Assembly (NCBI GenBank): GCA_037445065.1
Contig: JBBILD010000011.1
Span: 1 to 64,000, forward strand
Direction: 5' to 3'
DNA length: 64,000 bases
Source of the DNA: Myxococcales bacterium
Lineage (GTDB): Bacteria; Desulfobacterota; Binatia; HRBIN30
The notes below the pieces were generated by a model. The model was given only the letters and a program-made list of their open reading frames with translations. It was not told the origin of the DNA and ran no database searches. The translations under genes and the position numbers were made by a program. The first letter of the stretch is position 1; each line of letters begins with the position of its first letter. Shown here piece by piece: positions 18,048 through 27,454 of this stretch.

Positions 18048-19148
18048 ATGGACCTCGAGCGAACTCCTGAGCAACGCCAGATTGCGGAGACAGTACGGCG
18101 CTTTTGCCAAGAGCGGATTGACATCGGCCGCCTGCGGGCTTGGGACGAAGAGCCAGACGGAATCGACGGGGAAACGTGGCAGCAAGTCGTGGCGCTCGGC
18201 TGGCTGGGCTTGGGTGTGCCGGCAGCGAGCGGCGGGTCTGATTTCGGTTTCGAAGAGATCGCCACTTGGTTCGAGGAAGCGGCGCGGGGCCTGGTGCCGC
18301 CGGTTGTGTCGCAAGCGGTGCGCGCCATTTGCGCCCTCGCCTCGCTCGATCCGCAGGCGCCGGAACTGGCTAGCCTCGTGCAAGGTCGAGCGGTGCTGGC
18401 CCTCTCGCTCCCACCCTTGGGTGAAGCACGCGGATGGGAGCTGCACCTGCGGGCACAGGACGGGCAGTTGCGCATGAGCGGCCGAGCGGGCTTCACCAGC
18501 AATGGCGCGAAGGCGGACCGTCACCTTGTGCTCGCGTGGCACGAAGACACACCCACCTTCGCTCTGGTGCGCGCCGAACACGCTAGGCGGCAACCGCTGC
18601 GCACGTTTGACGGCGATCGGCAGGCGCACCTCGACTATCACGAGGCGCCGGTGGGGCGTGTGTTGTGCCGCGGTTCGGACGCCGAATCGCTCTGGCAGCG
18701 GACCTGGGCTGAACAGCGTGCCCTGGCGCTGGCGGAGCTGGTGGGGGTGATGGATGCGGCTCTACAGCGCACCGTGGACTACGTCAAAGAGCGCGAGCAG
18801 TTCGGGCAAAAAATCGGTGCCTTTCAGGCCGTGCAGCACCAAGTGGCCGATATGGCGACCTGGCTTACAGCCGGCCGCCACCTCGCCTGGCAGGCCATCA
18901 GCCGGCTCGCGCGAGGCACGCTCCAGGGTTTCGAACTAGATGCTGCCGCCGCCTTTCTCGGTCCGGCAGCGCGCCGCCTCACTCTCGCTGCGCACCACTT
19001 GCATGGCGGGGCCGGGTACATCCTCGACCACCCGCTGCACTATTACACGGAGCGGGCCTTGACGCTCGCCTTGCGGTACGCTCCGGAAGAGGCCGCTTTG
19101 GCGCGCATGGCCGCGTGGTGGCTCGACGGGGAGTTCCCGCCTTTATAA
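18048..19148 (+). CDS. Acyl-CoA dehydrogenase partner subunit (FadE28/FadE27-like)
   Basis: REQFGQKIGAFQAVQH, HLHGGAGY; degenerate N-terminal FAD motif; directly follows an ACAD gene. Confidence 0.85.
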   Translation: MDLERTPEQRQIAETVRRFCQERIDIGRLRAWDEEPDGIDGETWQQVVALGWLGLGVPAASGGSDFGFEEIATWFEEAARGLVPPVVSQAVRAICALASLDPQAPELASLVQGRAVLALSLPPLGEARGWELHLRAQDGQLRMSGRAGFTSNGAKADRHLVLAWHEDTPTFALVRAEHARRQPLRTFDGDRQAHLDYHEAPVGRVLCRGSDAESLWQRTWAEQRALALAELVGVMDAALQRTVDYVKEREQFGQKIGAFQAVQHQVADMATWLTAGRHLAWQAISRLARGTLQGFELDAAAAFLGPAARRLTLAAHHLHGGAGYILDHPLHYYTERALTLALRYAPEEAALARMAAWWLDGEFPPL

Positions 19149-19445
19149 GCCTTCGATTTCTCGGTCTAGCGCAAGGGGCAGGCGCCGCTGCAAGGCAGCG
19201 TCCACTGCGGCGAGCAGGAACGAAGCGGCGACCAGCCCCAGCAACGGCCAAAAGCGAAAGTGGTCAATCGAGATGTGGTAGGTGCTCAAGGTCACGAACA
19301 GCCCAGCCACGGTCCCGAGTACCCCAGCGCTGACGACCACCGCGATCGGCATGCTCCGCCGCACCAGTCGGCAGGTGACGATGAGCAAGAGCGTCAGCGT
19401 GAGTGCGCCGAAAAAGTAGTAGGGGATCAAAATCAAATAGTGCAT
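19143..19445 (-). CDS. Small hypothetical membrane protein (~100 aa, 3 predicted TM)
   Basis: GGAGG RBS, three hydrophobic segments, co-directional with the upstream ACAD pair. Confidence 0.7.
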   Translation of the reverse strand: MHYLILIPYYFFGALTLTLLLIVTCRLVRRSMPIAVVVSAGVLGTVAGLFVTLSTYHISIDHFRFWPLLGLVAASFLLAAVDAALQRRLPLALDREIEGL

Positions 19446-19458
19446 TCTGGTGCCTCCC

Positions 19459-20547
19459 TTACCAACCCGCCAACTCCGCGGCACGGCTGCGGTGGTAGCT
19501 GGCGTCCCCGAGGAACGCGCGGTCGAACACCGCACGGCGAAACCAAAGGTGCAAATCGAACTCCCAGGTAAACCCAATTCCGCCGTGCAGCTCGATACTG
19601 TCGCGTGTGAAGCGATCGAACAAATCGGTCATCAGAGGTTTCACCATGGCTGCGTGACGCTCGGCTTGGTCGGGGAGGTGGTCGAAGGCATGCGCTGCGT
19701 ACCAGAGGAACGACAAGGCAGGCTCGAGTTCGCAGGCCATGTTCGCGAGTTGGTGTTTGACTGCTTGAAAAGCGCCGATCACCTGCCCGAACTGCTCGCG
19801 TGTCTTGGCGTAGTTCACGCTCATCTCCAGGCAGCGCTGGCACCCGCCGAAGGCGTCCGCCGCCACTAAGACGCACCCTGCATCGAGGACCCGCTGCACC
19901 GCAGCGCTCGGACCGGGTAACGGCTTTGCAGGAGTGTTTTGGAAGCGCACGTGTTGTACCCGGCGGGTCATGTCCACCACTTGCAGGTCGCGCACGTCCA
20001 TGCCCGGAGCGCCTCGCTGCACCAAGAAGAAGGCGGGGCCAGAATCGCCTCGCGCGACCACGACCATGGCGTCGGCCACATTGGCGTAGGGGACGAACGT
20101 TTTTTCTCCTTGTAGCTTCCCCGTTTCGAAACGGGTGGTAACGTGCCGTGGGTCCCACTGCGCCTCGGCTTCGGCGAGGGCAAGAGAACCGATCGCTTCG
20201 CCGCGCACGAGGCGCGGGAGCCAGTGGCTTTTTTGTTCTTCGCTGCCTGCCTGCAGGAGCGCCAGCGTGAACAGACTGGTTGCGAGGAAGGGGCCAGGCG
20301 TGCACGCATAACCGAGTTCCTGCGCTGCGAGCGCCAGGTCGAGTAGCTCGAGACCCGCCCCGCCGTACGCCGCGGGTACGATCAGACCCGGCACACCGAG
20401 GTCCGCCAGGCGCGCCCACAATTCCGCATCATGGCCGGAATCGCTTTCCATAATCGCCCGCACGCGCGCGGTTGGGCATTGCTCCGCTAAAAAGCGACGC
20501 AGCGTGTCTTGAAAGAGCACTTGATCCTGTGACAAGCCGAAATCCAT
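19459..20547 (-). CDS. Acyl-CoA dehydrogenase partner subunit
   Basis: MDFGLS.DQ, REQFGQVIGAFQAVKH, HGGIGFTWE.DLHLW.RR. Confidence 0.9.
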   Translation of the reverse strand: MDFGLSQDQVLFQDTLRRFLAEQCPTARVRAIMESDSGHDAELWARLADLGVPGLIVPAAYGGAGLELLDLALAAQELGYACTPGPFLATSLFTLALLQAGSEEQKSHWLPRLVRGEAIGSLALAEAEAQWDPRHVTTRFETGKLQGEKTFVPYANVADAMVVVARGDSGPAFFLVQRGAPGMDVRDLQVVDMTRRVQHVRFQNTPAKPLPGPSAAVQRVLDAGCVLVAADAFGGCQRCLEMSVNYAKTREQFGQVIGAFQAVKHQLANMACELEPALSFLWYAAHAFDHLPDQAERHAAMVKPLMTDLFDRFTRDSIELHGGIGFTWEFDLHLWFRRAVFDRAFLGDASYHRSRAAELAGW

Positions 20548-20569
20548 GACTTCCTCGTTTGCTGGGTCT

Positions 20570-21799
20570 TCAGCGGCGGGCCACCGCTGGGTCGCGCGGT
20601 AGGCCGAGACCGCGTTCCGCGATCACGTTCCGCTGAATGTTGGCGGTGCCCCCGGCGATCAACACCCCGAGCGACCACATGTAGGCGGTGACAAACATTC
20701 CCATGGCCGGGGCCTCGGCCTCTCCCGGGGCCAACATGCCGCGATCGGCCAGAATGTCCATGGCCAGGCGCGCCACATCATAGCCGAGCGTGGTTCCGTA
20801 CAATTTGGTCACTAGCCCGGCTAGCCCCGCCTCTTCCCCGCGTGCCTGCATAGTGAGCAGCCGGTACCCGTGGTACTTGTTCGCGAGCACTTTGGTTTCC
20901 AGTTCCACCAGGCGATTGCGGATCAACGGGTCTTCGATGGCCGGACGCCCACGCAACGAAAGCGCTTTGGCGAGAAAAATCGCCCCTTCGAGCGTGCGCT
21001 CGCTGAGCAGCGAACCGCCAATGAGGTTGCGCTCGTGTTTGAGTGTGGAGCGGCTCACGATCCAACCCTGGCCGCGCTTGCCGACCAGGTTTTCCACCGG
21101 CACGCGCACGTTGTCGAAGAACACTTCGTTGAAGTCCGCCTCTCCGGTCATTTGCCGCAACGGGCGCACGGTAATGCCAGGGCTTTTCATGTCGATGAGC
21201 AGGTAACTGATGCCCTCGTGCTTGGGGGCTTCGGGCTCGGTGCGCACGAGCGCGAACATCCAGTCGGCGGTGTCGGCATTCGAGGTCCAGATTTTGTGCC
21301 CGGTCACCACGAAGAAGTCGCCTACGCACTCTGCGCGGGTTCGGAGGGAGGCGAGGTCGCTGCCGGCGTTGGGCTCGCTGTAGCCTTGGCACCAGGTGAT
21401 CGTGCCGAGGAGGGTGTCGCGAATGAAGCGCTGCTTTTGCGCCTCGGTGCCGTGTTCGAGCAAGGTGGGCACTAACATGCTGGGACCTTGCCCGATCAAT
21501 TCGGCCGGAGCCTGGGCTTTGCGAAACTCCTCGTGAATGATCGCAGACTTGAGCGGGTCGAAGGGTTGCTCTCCGCCGCCGTAGCGGCGCGGCACGTGTC
21601 GGTAGAGGTAACCGCGCTCGATGGCTTTGATGCGGAACGCAGTAGCCCGCTCGTCGGTGCGAATGGAGGCGCCCATGCTCATCCCGCGCGGGTTCGTGGG
21701 TGGAGCGCTGGCCCGATCCTCGTCGGTCCAGTGCTCGTTCAAGAACGCTCGGACTTCTTCGCGAAAGGCTTCGTATTCGGGGCGAAAACGTAAATCCAT
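20570..21799 (-). CDS. Acyl-CoA dehydrogenase
   Basis: WCQGYSEPNAGSDLASL, GHKIWTS, FNEVFFD, LKHER, IAGGTANIQRN. Confidence 0.92.
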   Translation of the reverse strand: MDLRFRPEYEAFREEVRAFLNEHWTDEDRASAPPTNPRGMSMGASIRTDERATAFRIKAIERGYLYRHVPRRYGGGEQPFDPLKSAIIHEEFRKAQAPAELIGQGPSMLVPTLLEHGTEAQKQRFIRDTLLGTITWCQGYSEPNAGSDLASLRTRAECVGDFFVVTGHKIWTSNADTADWMFALVRTEPEAPKHEGISYLLIDMKSPGITVRPLRQMTGEADFNEVFFDNVRVPVENLVGKRGQGWIVSRSTLKHERNLIGGSLLSERTLEGAIFLAKALSLRGRPAIEDPLIRNRLVELETKVLANKYHGYRLLTMQARGEEAGLAGLVTKLYGTTLGYDVARLAMDILADRGMLAPGEAEAPAMGMFVTAYMWSLGVLIAGGTANIQRNVIAERGLGLPRDPAVARR

Positions 21800-21972
21800 G
21801 GCATGCTCACAACGAGTGATTCTGCGTGTCTGGACGTGCGCTTACCGGAGTGCACATTGTACGACAAGGCGGCTGCCGGGCTCTCCGCCCGGCCGGAGAA
21901 AGGAAGCAACCGAGGCGCACGAGCGGGTGCAAGGGGTTGGCCTTGCTGCGCGATCCGCTGCAGAGTCTTTGC

Positions 21973-23410
21973 TTACTGGACTTTCATGAGCACCGTTGTC
22001 TCTAGTTCGAGCGCATCGGCGGCCGGTGGCGAGGTGCTTACCAGTCGCAAGCCGTGAGCTGGCCGTCGCTCCAGGCCGCTCAAGCGACCGGTTGGCCCTG
22101 GGAGCAAAGTTCTGTTCCTATCTGGTGCGCTCCGTGCTTGTGGATCACCTGCCTGCAGGCCTGCCCAGTCGTAATGAGCAACGCCTCCGGTAAGCCACGC
22201 TTCGCGGCCGGGCCCGAGTCGGGTGCACCATGCTTCGCAACTCCCGACTTGCATCCCGACCCGCCACGCGTACGCGAGCAGCACGCTGCCGGGCCCGCCC
22301 ACAGATTGACGGAATGTCCACTGTGGGTGCCCGTTTTCACCCGCGCCGGCGGCGTTCGAGTCTTGCCACACGAACAGGTCTACCGGGCGCAAACCGTCAC
22401 AGCTTATGAACCCGCTCGCAGCGTTTCCTGGACCGTGGACTGCCGTACACGGCGGAAGCCCGAGCGCGGCGCAGTCCGCTGGTGCGGCTGCGAAACCGGG
22501 CGTGCACGACACGCTCGGGCTACCATGCTCGTCGAAAAGCGTCCCGCCGCAGGTTTCGAACTCGGTGTTGCGCACGCAGGTGCAGGCGAGCACGGAGATA
22601 GGCGTCGGCTGCGCCTCAATGCTTGCTGCAAGGACGGCGACCGGGATGTTTGTTGCCGGCGCGCGCTTTTCCCAGAATGAACGTTTGCGTTGACCGCAGG
22701 GCCACGGGCACACGAGCGGCGTGCAAACCCGCTGGGCTCAGAAAGCCTGCCGCCTGGAAGAGAAACCGCGGCACCTCGGTGAGACTTGTGGCAGAACGCA
22801 GGGCAACGGGTACGGTCACCCTGAGTGGTTTCGGCGGTACAGTTGGCGGCGCATCCATCGCCACCGAAGGTGCGGCAAGCCACGCACCTTCCTCCGGGAC
22901 AGGCGGCGAGTCGTCGTACCCGCATCGCCTGCCCGCGTACCAGCCGCCCTTGCAAAACCTAGAACCGTCGTTCTCGGTAGCGAAGCAGTCAACGTCGCTC
23001 GTGCACACTTACCCGACGCCGCTCGTGCCGATGCAGATACCGCCATCGTCGCACTCTTCGTCCCCTTCGACGATCCCGTTGCCGCACCCGACAATTCCAA
23101 GGCTGGCGAGCGGGCAAGCAGCTTCGTCGAGAAGCAGCGCGCTTAGCGCTGCGAGCAAGTCGGTCACCTCGATGCGCTCATCTCCGTTCGTGTCGCCAGC
23201 GGGGCACCCGCTGGGAACCGCTTCGCAGCCCGAAGGATTGCCACCGCAGCGAAGGGCAACGGCAACCATCCGGCTGACGTCGGCCACACTCAGGAGCTGG
23301 TCACCGTCACAAACGCACGGCGCTTGCGCGCGCGGCAATGGCGAGCTGCAGAACGAGCCCGCCAGCTCCGAATGCGTGCCTGCGAGAGATTGGATTGCTC
23401 GGCTATGCGC
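21973..23410 (-). pseudogene. Decayed paralog of the secreted dockerin/Cys-rich protein at 25621-27057
   Basis: Collinear matching peptides (CGNGIVEGDEECDDGGICIGTS; ACRTFGGDGCAANCT; CGGT.F...G; PPCTAVHGPGN; TTGQAC; QGQPV) are spread over three frames, with in-frame stops at 23009-23011 and 22080-22082. 5' end approximate. Confidence 0.85.
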
Positions 23411-23943
23411 CTCCTTTGCCGCATAGCCTCCCAGCAACCGCCGGAAGAGATCTTTCCGGGGTAGGTCGGACTTGTCAAGCGAGCGCGGCTTTTTGCTGCA
23501 CAGTGGCAGCCTTGTCGTCTCTGCGTACTGCGGCAGGCGCAACCGGAATACGCCAGGACGGAGCGCGCGCAGATGCCATCGCGACTGTAGTCATCCGAGC
23601 GCTCGGGACCGTGGACGAGCCCGGATGGCGGGCTCCCGCGAGCGATTCCGGGTCGCGTCGGGGTGCGGAGATACAGGGCGTCCAAAAGAAGTACGGATTG
23701 GACCGAACGGGAGCGCGGGGACACGCTGGCGAGTCCGAATTCGCTCTGGGAAAAACAGAAGGCCGCGGCCGGGCTGTTTGTGTCTAGCGGATCTCGGCGA
23801 GCTGGCTGCAGGGAGCGGATTGCGCAAACCCCGATGGACGGACCCAGGGAGGCAGCGCATTTCGTCTGCAGCGGCGACCCTACTGGGAGAGAAGCGAGAA
23901 AACGAGTAGAGGGCTTGGCGAGCGAGAACCGAGGAGGGACGGC

Positions 23944-24750
23944 GTGATGGATTATCAGGACATCCTGTACGAGAAGCGGGAAAGAGTCGCGTGGATCACG
24001 ATCAATCGCCCGCAGGTCCGCAACGCGTTCCGCGCCCTTACCGTGCGGGAGATGATCGAAGCGTTTCGCGATGCGTGGACGGACGAAGACATCGGCGTGG
24101 TGGTCCTCACTGGCGCCGGGGACAAGGCGTTTTGCTCCGGGGGTGACCAGAAAGAGCGCACCGCCGGGGGGTATGGGGGCGGGCCCGGCATCGGACTCGA
24201 GGTGGCAGCCTTACACAGCGTGATCCGCAACATCCCGAAACCCGTGATCGCCATGGTGAATGGCTACGCCATCGGTGGCGGCCACGTCTTGCACGTGGTG
24301 TGCGATCTCACCATCGCCGCCGATACGGCTGTGTTCGGGCAGGTTGGGCCGCGCGTGGGTAGTGTGGACCCAGGCTTCGGTACCGCCTACTTGGCGCGCA
24401 TCGTGGGTGAGAAGAAGGCGCGCGAGATCTGGTTTTTGTGTCGGCAGTACAGCGCTGCCGAGGCGCTAGCCATGGGTTTGGTCAACAAGGTAGTGCCAGC
24501 ATCAGAACTGCGGCAGGAAACAGAGCGGTGGTGCCAGGAACTTCTGCAGATGAGCCCCACAGCGCTCAAGCTCGCCAAACTGTCGTTCAACGCTGACACC
24601 GACCACATCCACGGCATCACCGAGCTGGGGTTCAGTGCCCTCGAGCTGTACTACGGCACGGCAGAATCGCAGGAAGGGCTGCGTGCCTTTTTGGAAAAGC
24701 GCAAGCCCGATTTCCGCGGCGCTCTCAAGTCGTCGCGCAAGCCAGGCTGA
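23944..24750 (+). CDS. Crotonase-family enzyme, MenB (naphthoate synthase)/BadI (2-ketocyclohexanecarboxyl-CoA hydrolase)-like
   Basis: [62 protein letters not shown]. Confidence 0.85.
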   Translation: MMDYQDILYEKRERVAWITINRPQVRNAFRALTVREMIEAFRDAWTDEDIGVVVLTGAGDKAFCSGGDQKERTAGGYGGGPGIGLEVAALHSVIRNIPKPVIAMVNGYAIGGGHVLHVVCDLTIAADTAVFGQVGPRVGSVDPGFGTAYLARIVGEKKAREIWFLCRQYSAAEALAMGLVNKVVPASELRQETERWCQELLQMSPTALKLAKLSFNADTDHIHGITELGFSALELYYGTAESQEGLRAFLEKRKPDFRGALKSSRKPG

Positions 24751-25325
24751 AACAACGGACATCGCGGCGGCCTGCATGCGGATCGCCGCCTCAATGGCGC
24801 GTGCGGACAGTCCTTGTCGACACCCGGGTACCCGGGGCGCAGTTCGCGGTGCACGGCAAATTGCGAATGGGGAACGGTCCGTTCCGGGAGCACCGTTCGT
24901 GACTGGAACAAGGCCATCCGCGGACTTCGTAGGAGTGGTCCAGGTCGTCGTTCGTGTTGCCGCCGCGATGCTGGCGCGAAACATTTACCCCGCTGCCATC
25001 GGCGTGTAGAGGCGGCCCTGGTGCTCGATTGTGACGCGGATCTGTTGGTTGTTAGGGAGCGCGGGCCCGCCAAACCACTGCCCTTGCAGCGCGCATCGGG
25101 CAGCGGTTGCCCCAAGGCCCCGGCACGTCGTCATCGGGACCGGTCGTGCCCCCCGCGGCCTGTGGTGTATGGCGCGCGCGGCGAATCGCCCCGGCGACGG
25201 TGAATGACCAGTGGCCAATGAGGTGCGGGACCTGGTGCGTGTTCCCCCGGGTACACGAGCTTTTGCCGGCGTCCGTTTCCCGCAGCACACGGCGGCGCAA
25301 CGTGTAAGCTGTCAGCAGCGGACTG

Positions 25326-25419
25326 TGCAAGCGCGGCCCTTGTGGCTGCCCGCGGTTCGATTTGAGCAAGCGTCGCTCGGTAAAAGCACGGGCAGAGAGG
25401 CACAAGGCCTGCCCTTACA
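25326..25419. repeat. REPIN-like inverted pair of the same REP family as 1461-1811
   Basis: TGCAAGCGCGGCCCTTGTGGCTGCCC and GGGCAGAGAGGCACAAGGCCTGCCCTTACA match, with a few mismatches and a 4-nt insertion, the reverse complements of the REPs at 1786-1811 and 1661-1686. Confidence 0.7.
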
Positions 25420-25560
25420 AGTGCGATCCTGCTGCGTTCTGTTCCGCGGGCACCGCACGGGTTCGCACGGCCTCGCTGGACAGCCAACACGGTCGCCGCG
25501 CTGAAGCGCGCGCGTGCGGGTGTGGCGCTGGCCGAGGGGAGGCGGAAAACGCTGAAAGCA

Positions 25561-25593
25561 AAAAGGGCAGTGGCGTGTGGCCACTGCCCTTTT
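25561..25593 (-). terminator. Rho-independent terminator (potentially bidirectional)
   Basis: 14-bp perfect stem AAAAGGGCAGTGGC / GCCACTGCCCTTTT, 5-nt loop, just downstream of the stop at 25621. Confidence 0.8.
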
Positions 25594-25620
25594 GCCCGCG
25601 ATCGAAGTGCGGGTTGCTTG

Positions 25621-27057
25621 CTATTGCGCCTCGAGGACGTTGGTGACCTCGATGTCGCCCAGCGTGGGCTGATCCAGGGCAGTGAAGGCACCGCCGAGCT
25701 TGAGGCCAGTGAGGCTACCCGCCGTGAGCGAGGAGCACGAAACCGGCTGCCCTTGCGCACACTTTTCCGTGCCCTCGTCTGGGAAGTTGTTCTTGTTCTC
25801 CACCTTGGCGCAAGCCTGGCCAGTGGTGAACAGCAGCGTCTGCGGCGTGCCGCGCGAGCTGGGCGGATCGGCGTCAGTACAGAAGCCGTCGCAGCTCCCG
25901 ATTTTGGTGCCGATGGCCAGGCTGTTGGCAAGCAGGGCGCTGCCCGGACCACCGGTGGACTCGCGGAACTGCAGCGACACCGGGCCGTTGTCCCCGCCAC
26001 CCGAGATGTCCGAGTTTTGCGACACCACGTAGTTGACCGGGCTCAGGCCGTTGCAGCCCACGATGCCGCTGGCGGTGTTGCCCGGACCGTGCACCGCCGT
26101 GCAGGGAGGCAAGTCCAAAGCCGCACAGTCTGCCGGCTCGGCGCCAAAGTCCGGCGTGCACTGCGGAGTGAAGCTGCCGTCCTCGTTGAAAATGGTGCCG
26201 CCGCAGGTCTTGAACTCCAGCCCGCGTACACAGGCGCACGCCAAGCTGCTGATGGGAATGGCTGGGAAGTTCACACTGTTGGCCGGTACTACTACCGGGA
26301 TCTTGCCATCTTTTTCCTTTCCGGAAACCACCGTCTGCGTCCCTTGCAGCTCGAGGCAGACCTTGAGCGGATCGCCATGCACCACCGCACCGCTACCGGT
26401 GTCGAGGTCCTGTGTGGCCGCACAGACGCCTTTGACGAGGGTGAATGTCGTCGAGCTCTCGCTGGTGCAGTTGGCCGCGCAGCCATCGCCACCGAAGGTT
26501 CGGCAGGCCACACACTCACCGCCAGGGCAAGCATTGGGATCGTCCACATTGCAGCGGGTACCGACCTTGGTGCCGTCGGTGCATACACCGAAGCGGTCGT
26601 TGTCACCGGCGAAACAATCGCTGTCTCGCGTGCAGCTCTGACCCGCGCGGCTGGTGCCGATGCAGATACCGCCATCGTCGCACTCCTCACCGGATTCCAC
26701 CACGCCGTTGCCACAAGCCGCGGCACCGACCGGCGGACAGCCATTCAGGGCGTTGTTCACCGCTTGGATAATCTCGTCAACGGTAATTTCGCCGTCGTTG
26801 TTCGCGTCGCCGACCGGGCAGGCAGAAACTTGCGCTGAGCCCAGCGCGATGTTGACCATGGTAATGATCTCGTCCACGGTCACCTCGTTGTCCCCACCGC
26901 AGTCGCCGACACATTGGGCGTGTGTACTTGCCGGCAGCACCCAGAACGCGCCGGCGCACAGCACGCTAGCGCCAAGCGAGCGCAGCCACGCCCATCCCCG
27001 CTGCTTGTGTGCTCTCATCGTTTCCCTCCCTTGTCCGAAGTTCGTTGCCATTTTCAT
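25621..27057 (-). CDS. Secreted Cys-rich protein with N-terminal dockerin-like module and myxobacterial Cys-rich repeat
   Basis: Signal peptide ending THA-Q; CVGDCGGDNEVTVDE...GDANNDGEITVDEIIQAVNNALNGCP; CGNGVVESGEECDDG; strong RBS. Alternative start ATG at 27018. Confidence 0.88.
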   Translation of the reverse strand: MKMATNFGQGRETMRAHKQRGWAWLRSLGASVLCAGAFWVLPASTHAQCVGDCGGDNEVTVDEIITMVNIALGSAQVSACPVGDANNDGEITVDEIIQAVNNALNGCPPVGAAACGNGVVESGEECDDGGICIGTSRAGQSCTRDSDCFAGDNDRFGVCTDGTKVGTRCNVDDPNACPGGECVACRTFGGDGCAANCTSESSTTFTLVKGVCAATQDLDTGSGAVVHGDPLKVCLELQGTQTVVSGKEKDGKIPVVVPANSVNFPAIPISSLACACVRGLEFKTCGGTIFNEDGSFTPQCTPDFGAEPADCAALDLPPCTAVHGPGNTASGIVGCNGLSPVNYVVSQNSDISGGGDNGPVSLQFRESTGGPGSALLANSLAIGTKIGSCDGFCTDADPPSSRGTPQTLLFTTGQACAKVENKNNFPDEGTEKCAQGQPVSCSSLTAGSLTGLKLGGAFTALDQPTLGDIEVTNVLEAQ

Positions 27058-27454
27058 ACTGCTCCTCCCTCCACCATCTCACCTGAACCACTGAGAGGTG
27101 TTACGTCCAAATGGTCTCGGATCTTCCCGGCTTTGCCAACACTGGCTTCGCTTTTTGCAACAAAGGTCACGCGCAGGTCAAGACCGTTTCCGAGAAAACC
27201 ATGAATTTGCTGGGTGGGCGCATGGCGACTTGTTGTCCGCTCAGGGCATCATCGCCCAAGGGTCCCGTCGGAAGTAGCTGCCAGTGGGCCGACATTGAGG
27301 CGCAAAGAGGTGCTCAACGCCCGGCTCGCACGCCTCGGCTGCCGTGAGTCCGGTGCAAAGCTGCGTCACCCGCGCCCCCCTTGCCGCGGCCTTTGGTGTC
27401 CACGGGGGAGTCCGTTGCAGGGAGTGGGAAGTGGCTGTAGGGTCGCCCCCAGCA

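Noticed and set aside
21973..23410. Programmed frameshifting or stop-codon recoding to give a full-length protein
   Set aside because: Too many lesions, including both TAA and TGA stops; ordinary pseudogenisation is simpler
27142..27160. Sigma-54-like TGGC...TTGCA
   Set aside because: GG-to-GC spacing is 11 nt rather than the required 10
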